This document shows positions 1-7,768 of a stretch of 64,000 bases of DNA, in pieces. Made by a program: the position numbers and the translations under genes. Location of the stretch: the sequence record PX246731.1; one strand, 5' to 3'. The notes beneath the pieces were generated by a model, which was not told the origin of the DNA, searched no databases, and saw nothing but the letters and a program-made list of their open reading frames with translations. This DNA comes from a phage. Positions within the stretch are counted from its first letter, which is position 1. Every line of letters starts with the position of its first letter.

Positions 1-90
1 TGGTGTGGCTGGGGCTACACCCTTACACTCAACTAGCCCCCCCGGTATGTTGACGGTGTAGCCACTACCCTACCCCACCTTACACGTTAC

Positions 91-105
91 ACATGCTCCG
101 CATGT
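91..105 (+). promoter_or_regulatory. N4-type vRNAP early promoter hairpin (6-bp stem ACATGC/GCATGT, 3-nt loop TCC)
   Basis: Inverted repeat with 3-nt loop; template-strand loop GGA; followed by ttatgga; same architecture recurs at 927 and 1187; upstream of first early ORF. Confidence 0.55.
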
Positions 106-147
106 TATGGACATGTCGTCCTATCATCAACTATTGGAGCTATCATC

Positions 148-471
148 ATGACTACTCAAGCTACTGTACGTATGACCGCAGGAACTTTACTTGGTACTGT
201 TAACTCAGCTGCTACTACTGTTGCAGATACATTTAGTACTGCAACTAAAGCAGTAGGTATGCTTAATTCATATGTAAGTACTATGGCAGAGAAACAAGCC
301 ATTCGTACTAAATTAGAAATGCATACCTTTGTTAATAAACTGGCAGAGGAAACAGCTATGACTGAGACTCTGCGTAAGAAAAGTATTGAGGAATTCTGCA
401 AGGATTCAGAGAACGCTCGTATCTATAACGCAGAATATTCCAAAGTAATTGACATCCTGACTAAAGACTAA
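148..471 (+). CDS. hypothetical early protein (107 aa)
   Basis: ORF with ATG start, followed by intrinsic terminator at 479-505. Confidence 0.6.
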   Translation: MTTQATVRMTAGTLLGTVNSAATTVADTFSTATKAVGMLNSYVSTMAEKQAIRTKLEMHTFVNKLAEETAMTETLRKKSIEEFCKDSENARIYNAEYSKVIDILTKD

Positions 472-478
472 ACCACTT

Positions 479-505
479 AGGAGACTCTTCGGAGTCTCCT
501 GTTTT
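479..505 (+). terminator. rho-independent terminator (GGAGACTC-TTCG-GAGTCTCC + T-tract)
   Basis: Perfect 8-9 bp stem with UUCG tetraloop followed by TGTTTT. Confidence 0.75.
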
Positions 506-561
506 GAACATTAGATAGATAGTCAAAAGTAGATAACTATCTACTTTAAGGAAAGAAAATC

Positions 562-921
562 ATGACTAAATTCCGTTGTATCAAAGGTTCTGTTGCCGTA
601 CCTGTTGGAACAATTATCGTAGGAGAATTGGAAGGAGAACGTATCCGTCTTACCGAGGATTCTACTGTCAGAGATTCTGACAACAATCCTTACTTTGTAG
701 AAGGAGAAATGGTTCCACTAACTGGTTATGTATGGCAATGGGAATCCTGTGAGGGAGAACCAGATAAGGAAGAACTACTGGAACGCTTTGAAGTTGCAGT
801 AGATGTTCTTGCAACCTATGAAAGAGACATCCTTGAATATGGTGAGTCAGATATTGACCACCCCAAAGCAGAGCAAGAGTATGAATCTGCTAAGGCAGAA
901 TTGCTCAAACGTTTGTCTTAA
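562..921 (+). CDS. hypothetical early protein (119 aa)
   Basis: ORF preceded by AAGGAAAG RBS-like sequence. Confidence 0.6.
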   Translation: MTKFRCIKGSVAVPVGTIIVGELEGERIRLTEDSTVRDSDNNPYFVEGEMVPLTGYVWQWESCEGEPDKEELLERFEVAVDVLATYERDILEYGESDIDHPKAEQEYESAKAELLKRLS

Positions 922-926
922 AAACC

Positions 927-941
927 AGAAGCTCCGCTTCT
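927..941 (+). promoter_or_regulatory. N4-type vRNAP early promoter hairpin (AGAAGC-TCC-GCTTCT)
   Basis: 6-bp stem, 3-nt loop; reverse complement GAAGCGGAGCTTC resembles the N4 P2 hairpin core as I recall it; preceded by AAAACC and followed by tattgga as at 1187. Confidence 0.65.
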
Positions 942-965
942 ATTGGATACAATCAGGAGACAGTC

Positions 966-1181
966 ATGAACGTAGAAAATATCCGTATAATTGAGAATTG
1001 CTTTAGCAATAAACCTGTAGACCTCAACAACGCAAGAAGGTCTACTGATAAAGAGTATGGAGAGTTTCTATCCTTACTAGATGAATATCGTATGCAAGGG
1101 CATGTTGAATTACATGCCTATCTGCATAACTCAGGCTACTTCATGGATAAACTGGAAACTAAAACAGGCTGCCCATTCTGA
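966..1181 (+). CDS. hypothetical early protein (71 aa)
   Basis: ORF immediately downstream of promoter hairpin. Confidence 0.55.
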   Translation: MNVENIRIIENCFSNKPVDLNNARRSTDKEYGEFLSLLDEYRMQGHVELHAYLHNSGYFMDKLETKTGCPF

Positions 1182-1186
1182 AAACC

Positions 1187-1203
1187 AAGATGCTCCGCAT
1201 CTT
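1187..1203 (+). promoter_or_regulatory. N4-type vRNAP early promoter hairpin (AAGATGC-TCC-GCATCTT)
   Basis: 7-bp stem, 3-nt TCC loop, preceded by AAAACC and followed by tatgga; third copy of the motif. Confidence 0.65.
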
Positions 1204-1309
1204 ATGGATGATGTAAATGCATCCACTAATCATTGAACTTTTATCCTTTTGTTTGGGTGTTCTCACCGACGAGTTCACCCGTAAATCACATAAATCTGGA
1301 GAGTACAAA

Positions 1310-1690
1310 ATGGCTATTCAAAAATTCACTTTCGGTCAATCTAACGCTGCTGCTTCTACTGCTAAAGCTGATAAACCAAAAGCTCAGTTCTGGCTGAATA
1401 TTGGTTATGTAGCTAACGAAGGCTCTGATGATGAGAAATTCATCTCTCTGCCTACTGGTATTCCACTGGATACTCAGGAACCGCTGCCTACTAATAGCAG
1501 CAATGCTGACTTCCGTGCTATGCGTTGTGCACAGAACGACTTGCTGGAACAGTTAATTGCATATGCTCAGAACCTGGAACCAGGTGAAGAAGGTATCATT
1601 AACCTGCAAGTTCAACTTCGTCGTGTGAAAGCAGAGGCTGCTGACATTCCAGCAGACGAGAATAAATATGCTCGTAAACTGACTTTCTAA
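1310..1690 (+). CDS. hypothetical early protein (126 aa; alternative start 1217)
   Basis: Internal ATG at 1310 has GGAG RBS 8 nt upstream; ATG at 1217 lacks an RBS. Confidence 0.55.
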   Translation: MAIQKFTFGQSNAAASTAKADKPKAQFWLNIGYVANEGSDDEKFISLPTGIPLDTQEPLPTNSSNADFRAMRCAQNDLLEQLIAYAQNLEPGEEGIINLQVQLRRVKAEAADIPADENKYARKLTF

Positions 1691-1699
1691 TCAATCACT

Positions 1700-1728
1700 A
1701 GACTCCCTTCGGGGAGTCTTTTATTTTT
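1700..1728 (+). terminator. rho-independent terminator (AGACTCCC-TTCG-GGGAGTCT + T-tract)
   Basis: 8-bp stem, UUCG tetraloop, TTTATTTTT. Confidence 0.8.
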
Positions 1729-1831
1729 AACTAGACGATAAGCTATTTCTACTTTTTGAGTATCTTTAGACGAAGGGTACTGAAACAGTAACCAGATAGA
1801 TATAGATTTATATTAGAAGAGGATATGTACT

Positions 1832-2074
1832 ATGTCTGTATACGAATTAGGCTATTTAATATCTGTTGCTACATGGTTGTGCATCTTCTATGTAGCCTAC
1901 CGAGTAAGATTCATTGTACTGAACTTAGTTAAGTGGGTAGTCACTAAGGCTATCCTTATTGCTAAATTACCAGTTGTATTCATTAAGTGTCTGTTTGCTT
2001 CCATCATAGCTAAAGAGGTGCGTAAGCAACTATGGGCTAAGGAAGCAGAAGACTATGTTAAGAGGAACCAGTGA
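1832..2074 (+). CDS. small membrane protein (80 aa)
   Basis: Hydrophobic N-terminal half; ORF in plus-strand operon. Confidence 0.5.
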   Translation: MSVYELGYLISVATWLCIFYVAYRVRFIVLNLVKWVVTKAILIAKLPVVFIKCLFASIIAKEVRKQLWAKEAEDYVKRNQ

Positions 2075-2220
2075 TGAATTATTCAGAATTGTGGCTTAAG
2101 TTTTATGAAGATTGGCTTAGTGCTGTATCTGGTAGACGCACCGAAGGTGATATGAACCGGGCAAAGGAATTTGCAGATAATTGTATAAAGTCACTGAAGG
2201 AATCGGATGATGTTCACTGA
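2074..2220 (+). CDS. small hypothetical protein (48 aa)
   Basis: ATG overlapping upstream stop (TGATG); below the 60-aa ORF-track cutoff; fills gap in plus-strand operon. Confidence 0.35.
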   Translation: MNYSELWLKFYEDWLSAVSGRRTEGDMNRAKEFADNCIKSLKESDDVH

Positions 2221-2383
2221 CATAGAATCTGCTATTGAAGAAGCTATGTACCGTATGACCAGTGGTCCTCAGATAAGGCACTATGGTCTGGTACAGAAAG
2301 GTCATCTCATTGCTGTACGTATTGTACGTAACAGTAACCCTCAACGTTTTATGTGGACAACTAAATCATGCGTAAGTCATTAA
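2207..2383 (+). CDS. small hypothetical protein (58 aa)
   Basis: Open frame read by eye from ATGATG at 2207; overlaps neighbours by a few codons. Confidence 0.35.
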   Translation: MMFTDIESAIEEAMYRMTSGPQIRHYGLVQKGHLIAVRIVRNSNPQRFMWTTKSCVSH

Positions 2384-2499
2384 TCATGGGAACTAAAGCT
2401 GACGTACAAAAGATGAAAGAGCGTTTGGCTGCTCAGAAACAAACATCTGAACCAGTACGTAAGATTGTTACCTTCAATCATCCAATATTAGGAAACTAA
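2368..2499 (+). CDS. small hypothetical protein (43 aa)
   Basis: ATG at 2368, stop TAA at 2497-2499 directly before next ATG at 2502. Confidence 0.3.
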   Translation: MRKSLIMGTKADVQKMKERLAAQKQTSEPVRKIVTFNHPILGN

Positions 2500-2501
2500 T
2501 C

Positions 2502-2714
2502 ATGTATTTCGTAATCTTTGTAGCACTAATGTATCTAAACGTTTGGCTCACTAATGTAGCAGGTAATATTACTAAAACCTTTGTCACTAATAATGATGCC
2601 AGAGGTTTTGCAATATTTGGTTATGTTACTGCATTAACCAAGGGATTGAGCATAGGCTATGGCTTATGGTTCATATACTATTGTGTAGTCAATTTCCCGT
2701 ATTCATTTATATGA
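2502..2714 (+). CDS. small membrane protein (70 aa)
   Basis: Two hydrophobic segments; ATG start. Confidence 0.5.
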   Translation: MYFVIFVALMYLNVWLTNVAGNITKTFVTNNDARGFAIFGYVTALTKGLSIGYGLWFIYYCVVNFPYSFI

Positions 2715-2773
2715 ACTGGCCTATCACATTAGCCATGTTTGTACTATTAGCCCTTGGTGCATTAGTAGAACTG

Positions 2774-2806
2774 GGAGTCCTCCATTAGGAGGCTCCTATT
2801 TTTTAT
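2774..2806 (+). terminator. rho-independent terminator
   Basis: GGAGTCCTCC-ATTA-GGAGGCTCC hairpin followed by TATTTTTTATT. Confidence 0.7.
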
Positions 2807-2847
2807 TCTTGAATAGTTAGATATGTATTTAAATAGGAGAAATAACC

Positions 2848-3165
2848 TTGAATGAAATTGTTTGTATACTTCCTCAATCAGCTAAGATAGCTGACCGGAA
2901 TATACGTATTCACTTACCATTCCCATTAAGCAATCCATTCGCTCGTAATGAAAGAACCACAGTAGAAGATATAGAGGTAGCTTATGAAGCTTACCTTCGT
3001 AATCGTCTTATTAGTGGTGACAAGCTAATTACAGCAGAGATGGAAAGGATTGCTTCCTTTGTAACAGATAGTACAGGTAAGCCTGTTGGCTTAATTGGTA
3101 CTGAATCTGACGTTAACGTTATTCGTAAAATACTAATGGAGGCACTAAGTGAACAACCTCAGTGA
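2848..3165 (+). CDS. hypothetical protein (105 aa, TTG start)
   Basis: AGGAGA RBS 8 nt upstream of TTG. Confidence 0.5.
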   Translation: MNEIVCILPQSAKIADRNIRIHLPFPLSNPFARNERTTVEDIEVAYEAYLRNRLISGDKLITAEMERIASFVTDSTGKPVGLIGTESDVNVIRKILMEALSEQPQ

Positions 3166-3382
3166 TGTAATTGTAGGTAATGAAATATTCGTTGACCGTA
3201 AAGGTTATGCACGAATTAAACTAAAGGGTACTAATAGAACTATTGTTCGTAAGGTGTATTCTAAACCATTTAGTAATTTCTCTATTGATGAAGTACGCAT
3301 TAATAACGAGATGTACTTCATAGATAGTAAAGTATCCATATGCCATACAGACGGTAAGACCTCACTTGAATATACACATTAA
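3149..3382 (+). CDS. hypothetical protein (77 aa)
   Basis: ORF overlapping upstream gene end, operon-like packing. Confidence 0.5.
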   Translation: MNNLSDVIVGNEIFVDRKGYARIKLKGTNRTIVRKVYSKPFSNFSIDEVRINNEMYFIDSKVSICHTDGKTSLEYTH

Positions 3383-3394
3383 GGAGTAAGCAAA

Positions 3395-3616
3395 ATGCTG
3401 TTCAGCACTAATTATGGTATTTGCCCGATTTGCAATAAAGGAAGAGGAGTTGCTAATCATAAGAAGTGTAGTCGTATTCTACAGAAACGACGGAACCAGA
3501 AAGAATGGGATAAGATATTGGAAAACCAACACAAAGATGAGTTCAAGAAGACGGCTGTTAAAGCATCTACTCAGCTTATTCGTCGTACTAACTTTATAGA
3601 AGGTTATCAGAAATGA
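3395..3616 (+). CDS. hypothetical Cys-containing small protein (73 aa)
   Basis: CPICNKG...KKC motif suggests a zinc ribbon; GGAG RBS upstream. Confidence 0.5.
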   Translation: MLFSTNYGICPICNKGRGVANHKKCSRILQKRRNQKEWDKILENQHKDEFKKTAVKASTQLIRRTNFIEGYQK

Positions 3617-3969
3617 AACTAATCGTAGCTGGTGGAAGAGACTTCGTAAATACCCAAGTAATGATTACAGTATTAATGGATTTAGTGGAGAAGGGTAAGA
3701 TTGACCCTAATCCAGAATTAGTATGTGGTATGGCTCGTGGAGCAGATATGCTTGCATACAGCCTATGGGCTAATAACAAAATGCCTATTCATAATTTCCC
3801 AGCTAACTGGGATAAATATGGAAAATCTGCTGGTTATAGGCGTAATCAGGAAATGGGTGAATTTGCAGATGCTGCTGTATGCTTTTGGGATGGTAATTCC
3901 AAAGGAACCAAGCACATGATTGATATCATGAATAGGCTTAATAAACCCGTATATGTTGTGAGGTACTAA
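3613..3969 (+). CDS. SLOG-family protein (DUF2493/YspA-like)
   Basis: IVAGGRDF ... GMARGAD ... YRRNQEM ... FWDGNSKGTKHMI resembles DUF2493 SLOG-domain motifs as I recall them. Confidence 0.6.
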   Translation: MKLIVAGGRDFVNTQVMITVLMDLVEKGKIDPNPELVCGMARGADMLAYSLWANNKMPIHNFPANWDKYGKSAGYRRNQEMGEFADAAVCFWDGNSKGTKHMIDIMNRLNKPVYVVRY

Positions 3970-4224
3970 ATGATTATTACATATCCTACAGGCAAAAATG
4001 TGGAATATATGGGACATACTATCCAAGTACCACATTGGGTTAAGTATATAGCTCTATATACTCGACAGTATAAGAGTGCTAATACCTCGCTAATAGGATT
4101 CTCTAAGAAGCCTAAGCTAACAGAAAACAATATCTGGGTATCCTCTGGGAGACAAGAAGAAATTGGTTTCTGTGATTTGAGTATTGTCGATAATAACATC
4201 TATGGGACATTGAGAAAGGTATGA
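3970..4224 (+). CDS. hypothetical protein (84 aa)
   Basis: ORF in operon. Confidence 0.45.
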   Translation: MIITYPTGKNVEYMGHTIQVPHWVKYIALYTRQYKSANTSLIGFSKKPKLTENNIWVSSGRQEEIGFCDLSIVDNNIYGTLRKV

Positions 4225-4541
4225 AAACTATTCTAGTAGTTCATGATTCTACATTTACTGATGTAGATAAGATGATGCGTAATATTGATTATGTATCTCA
4301 AACAAGCCAAGCATTCAATGAAGAGTTTATCTTGTACTGTATTGCTGAATCACCACTGGTTCCTATCCTTAAGGAATCAGGACTACCCTTCTCTACAGAG
4401 AACTTCCCGGAAGAACCAGACTATGTAATCTCATTTATATATGACTTACACGATGGCTCTGAAACAAGTGAATTAGCTATGAACCAGTGGCGTAGCAAAC
4501 GTCCTGTGTTCGCATTTCAGGTACTTAAACCAAAGGATTAA
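4221..4541 (+). CDS. hypothetical protein (106 aa)
   Basis: ORF with overlapping start/stop (ATGA). Confidence 0.5.
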   Translation: MKTILVVHDSTFTDVDKMMRNIDYVSQTSQAFNEEFILYCIAESPLVPILKESGLPFSTENFPEEPDYVISFIYDLHDGSETSELAMNQWRSKRPVFAFQVLKPKD

Positions 4542-4543
4542 AT

Positions 4544-4894
4544 ATGAAAGAAATCTTAGTATTCACTACCAATGTACTTGGGCAGCATAACAATGCTGCT
4601 GCCAAATTAGCTTATAAGAAACACGGTGCTCGCTGGGGCATGGCCTATGGTCATTATGGTAATAGCTTTGCCATTCCAGTAAAGGATGGCTATGGTAACC
4701 GAATTAAAGTGAGTGCTATCTATGGCTTCATTGAAGGCTTTATTGCCTATGCATCTTCTAATCCACAGTGGGATTTCAAAGTCATGAGTAATGACTATTT
4801 GGACCCATACCAGTTTATCAATGTTACTGGCAACGTACTGTTACCAGAAGCATGGCGTAAACACTTAGGTGATGCTTACAACTACTGGAGCTAA
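4544..4894 (+). CDS. hypothetical protein (116 aa)
   Basis: ORF; no family recognised by eye. Confidence 0.5.
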   Translation: MKEILVFTTNVLGQHNNAAAKLAYKKHGARWGMAYGHYGNSFAIPVKDGYGNRIKVSAIYGFIEGFIAYASSNPQWDFKVMSNDYLDPYQFINVTGNVLLPEAWRKHLGDAYNYWS

Positions 4895-4896
4895 TA

Positions 4897-5157
4897 ATGA
4901 CTTATGAAGAATTATGGTCTGCTCAAGTCAGAGCCAGAGCACTCACACGACATGACATCTATTGTGCATTACAGAACGAATTAAAGAGTCGTACTAAGCT
5001 GGGTCACATATCTGGCTTAGTTAAAATACCTATGACTAGCCTAGTCTGGCCTTACCAGAAGAAAAGTAATGAGTTTAATGGTAATGGTCTGCATGTACGT
5101 ATCGACTACATTGGTAATGAAAATAGTATTCGTATTACCTTTTGGACTAAGCGTTAG
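4897..5157 (+). CDS. hypothetical protein (86 aa)
   Basis: ORF. Confidence 0.5.
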   Translation: MTYEELWSAQVRARALTRHDIYCALQNELKSRTKLGHISGLVKIPMTSLVWPYQKKSNEFNGNGLHVRIDYIGNENSIRITFWTKR

Positions 5158-5162
5158 GTAAT

Positions 5163-5177
5163 AGCTGCTCCGCAGCT
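5163..5177 (+). promoter_or_regulatory. hairpin AGCTGC-TCC-GCAGCT: fourth vRNAP-type promoter hairpin or intrinsic terminator
   Basis: Same 3-nt TCC loop and 6-bp stem as the three early promoter hairpins, but followed by TTTT and placed after a gene end; lies directly upstream of the RNAP II genes. Confidence 0.4.
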
Positions 5178-5210
5178 TTTGGTTATTAATCACATTTAGG
5201 AGAATAAGCG

Positions 5211-6029
5211 ATGTACTCATCTATTGAACATCAGAAGCAACTCGAAAAACTATTCAATAAAAATCAGCTCTTGCCTCGTATGAGGAAGGAATTCGAGGAC
5301 TCCAAAGAAATTGACTTTAAGGCATTCGCTGCCTATTTAGAAATTGATTATAAGCTGCTCATTGATGCAATGGTGCAGATTGCCCTACATAAACGTGCTG
5401 ACATTCAGACTATGATTGGCTCTCTCATGAGTCACTCAGATGATGCTCAGTATATCGCTGACTGTCTGTATAAGATGGCAGAGAATGACTGCTTCAACTA
5501 TGACCCTACCATCGACAAGTTCGGTGTTATTTATGAGATTAGTGAAGATGTACAGATGGAACTGGAAGCATTCCAGTATCCATTACCTATCGTAAGTGCT
5601 CCTAAACCTGTTAAGTGTAACCGTGATACTGGTTACTACGAGAGCAGAGGTAGCATCATCCTCAAGAAGAACCATCATGAGATGGATGTCTGTCTTGACC
5701 ACATCAACCGCATGAATAACCAACGTCTCTGTATTAACTGGGACGTTGCTAACTATGTAAAAGACTCCCGTCCTAACATGGATAAACCCAAAGAGGGTGA
5801 AACCCGTCAGGACTATGAGAAACGTGTCAAAGCCTTTGAAAAGTACAGCCGTACAGCTAAAGAAGTAATGGAGTTAGTGACCAAAGAAGGTAATAACTTC
5901 TCCTTGGCTCATCGTTACGATAAGAGAGGGCGTACATATGCCTGTGGTTACCACATCAACTATCAGGGAACCAGCTACAACAAAGCTGTACTTGAGTTCG
6001 CTGATAAGGAGTTAGTAAATGAAGACTAA
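5211..6029 (+). CDS. phage RNA polymerase II small subunit (N4 gp15-like, N-terminal half of a T7-like RNAP)
   Basis: 272 aa, close to the N4 gp15 size; paired with the following 405-aa ORF carrying the HDCF motif. Confidence 0.65.
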   Translation: MYSSIEHQKQLEKLFNKNQLLPRMRKEFEDSKEIDFKAFAAYLEIDYKLLIDAMVQIALHKRADIQTMIGSLMSHSDDAQYIADCLYKMAENDCFNYDPTIDKFGVIYEISEDVQMELEAFQYPLPIVSAPKPVKCNRDTGYYESRGSIILKKNHHEMDVCLDHINRMNNQRLCINWDVANYVKDSRPNMDKPKEGETRQDYEKRVKAFEKYSRTAKEVMELVTKEGNNFSLAHRYDKRGRTYACGYHINYQGTSYNKAVLEFADKELVNED

Positions 6030-6180
6030 CATTGGATCCTATGAGCTATGGGTTAATGAAGAGTGTATCTACTCAGGTACATATGTGAAGTGCTTATACT
6101 TTGAGAAGCTTTACAAGCTTCAAAACCCTGAGAGTAAAACCATTATTTATAAACTATCTGCCGACGTAGTAACCGCCTAA
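6019..6180 (+). CDS. small hypothetical protein (53 aa) between the RNAP II subunit genes
   Basis: ATG with AAGGAG RBS 7 nt upstream; open frame read by eye; below ORF-track cutoff. Confidence 0.4.
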   Translation: MKTNIGSYELWVNEECIYSGTYVKCLYFEKLYKLQNPESKTIIYKLSADVVTA

Positions 6181-6236
6181 CTATCCAATAAGCAGGCTCT
6201 CCATAGTGGGGAGCCAAGAAGCAAAAGGAACATAAA

Positions 6237-7454
6237 ATGCAACTGTTAACCGCTAAACAATACCTGAAAGTAGATATTGCGAACTCATATGGCTTAGATA
6301 AAAAGACGTGGGATGAACGTATTGCCTGGTTCGATGAGAACGAAGCTAATCTGCTTAATCTGGTAGATGAGGCTGAAGATTCTGCTCTGTTCTTTGCTGG
6401 TATAAATGCATGGAATGATATGAAAGCTGGTAAGCCTATCGGTTATGCCGTAGCTCTGGATGCTACATCCTCTGGCTTGCAGTTACTGGCCTGTCTGACT
6501 GGTGACCGTTCTGCTGCTGAACTGTGTAATGTAGTTAATTACATGGGAGAGAATGGTAAGCCATTACGTCGTGATGCTTATACAGTTATCTATCACAAGA
6601 TGCTGGACATCCTTGGCGAAGCATCACGTATTAAACGCAGTGACACTAAGCAGGCAGTTATGACTGCATTCTACGGTTCAGAAGCCAAGCCTAAAGAAGT
6701 ATTCGGTGAAGGTATTCGTCTCAAGACTTTTGAGAATGTAATGGAAACTGTTGCTAGTGGTCCTTGGGCACTTAACAAGTTCTTACTGCAATGTGGTAAC
6801 CCGGATGCTAACCGTTACATATGGATACTGCCTGACAACTTCCATGCTGTCATTAAGGTAATGGTTCCAGAAGTACAGACTGTTAACTTCTTAGGTAAGC
6901 CATTCGACATCACTCGTATGGTTCAGGGTACTGAAGAGAAGACCCGTATGCTCTCTGCTAACATCACCCACTCTATTGATGGGATGGTGGTACGTGAGAT
7001 GCTGCGTCGTTGTAATTTCGACCGTGAATTAGTGGAAGCTGTGCGAGAACTCTGCGATGAAGGTCCATCAGAATATGGGGAGATTGCAGGTAACCTGGAG
7101 AAGGTACAGGAGTTGTGGAGCCATTATGAAAAGTCTGGCTTCTTATCCGTATCAATCCTGGACTATCTTGACCCATGTACTATTGCTTATGTAGACCGTC
7201 AGGTAGTAGCAGATATGATTGATACTATGCCTAAGAAGCCATTCCCTATAATGACTGTGCATGACTGCTTCCGTTGTCATCCTAATTACGGTAATGACCT
7301 GCGTCGTCAGTACAATCAGATTCTGTCTGACATCGCTAAGAGTGACTTACTGGGCTTCATCCTGTCTCAGGTATTAGGACAAGAGTTCTCTGCTGGTAAG
7401 CTGGATGACAACCTCTGGCAGGACATTCTTGAAACAGACTATGCATTAAGTTAA
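6237..7454 (+). CDS. phage RNA polymerase II large subunit (N4 gp16-like, T7-like RNAP catalytic half)
   Basis: 405 aa; TVHDCFRCHP resembles T7 RNAP motif C (HDSF). Confidence 0.7.
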   Translation: MQLLTAKQYLKVDIANSYGLDKKTWDERIAWFDENEANLLNLVDEAEDSALFFAGINAWNDMKAGKPIGYAVALDATSSGLQLLACLTGDRSAAELCNVVNYMGENGKPLRRDAYTVIYHKMLDILGEASRIKRSDTKQAVMTAFYGSEAKPKEVFGEGIRLKTFENVMETVASGPWALNKFLLQCGNPDANRYIWILPDNFHAVIKVMVPEVQTVNFLGKPFDITRMVQGTEEKTRMLSANITHSIDGMVVREMLRRCNFDRELVEAVRELCDEGPSEYGEIAGNLEKVQELWSHYEKSGFLSVSILDYLDPCTIAYVDRQVVADMIDTMPKKPFPIMTVHDCFRCHPNYGNDLRRQYNQILSDIAKSDLLGFILSQVLGQEFSAGKLDDNLWQDILETDYALS

Positions 7455-7461
7455 TAAACTA

Positions 7462-7494
7462 GCCTCATTCCTTCGGGAGTGAGGCCTATTTTTT
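7462..7494 (+). terminator. rho-independent terminator (GCCTCATTCC-TTCG-GGAGTGAGGC + T-tract)
   Basis: 10-bp stem, UUCG loop, CTATTTTTT. Confidence 0.8.
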
Positions 7495-7511
7495 GCTTGG
7501 AGATAACAACT

Positions 7512-7694
7512 ATGCTAATCCCTTTTGAAGTAATCTTTCAGCTAATACTGATAGTTTTATCTGTACTGGTTCTGTCTACAATAGTTCATGCCCACAAATC
7601 TAAGTTTGCTTATTACTACTATGGAGCATACTCACTAGGCTGCTTTGTAATGGCAGGATGGATAGCTTTTGCTATCTACTGTGTAAACAACTAA
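7512..7694 (+). CDS. small membrane protein (60 aa)
   Basis: ATG with GGAG RBS; the listed GTG start at 7479 lies inside the terminator hairpin; two hydrophobic helices. Confidence 0.5.
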   Translation: MLIPFEVIFQLILIVLSVLVLSTIVHAHKSKFAYYYYGAYSLGCFVMAGWIAFAIYCVNN

Positions 7695-7721
7695 CCCTCT
7701 TAACGGAGGGTTTATTTTTTT
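7695..7721 (+). terminator. rho-independent terminator
   Basis: CCCTCT-TAAC-GGAGGG then TTTATTTTTTT. Confidence 0.7.
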
Positions 7722-7768
7722 ATCTGTCATGTATACTAACTCTGCTATTTACTTATGAGGAAATTGAT

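Noticed and set aside
2117-2344. 75-aa minus-strand ORF in the early region
   Set aside because: Antisense to a uniformly plus-strand operon and fully overlapped by plus-strand small ORFs (2074-2220, 2207-2383)
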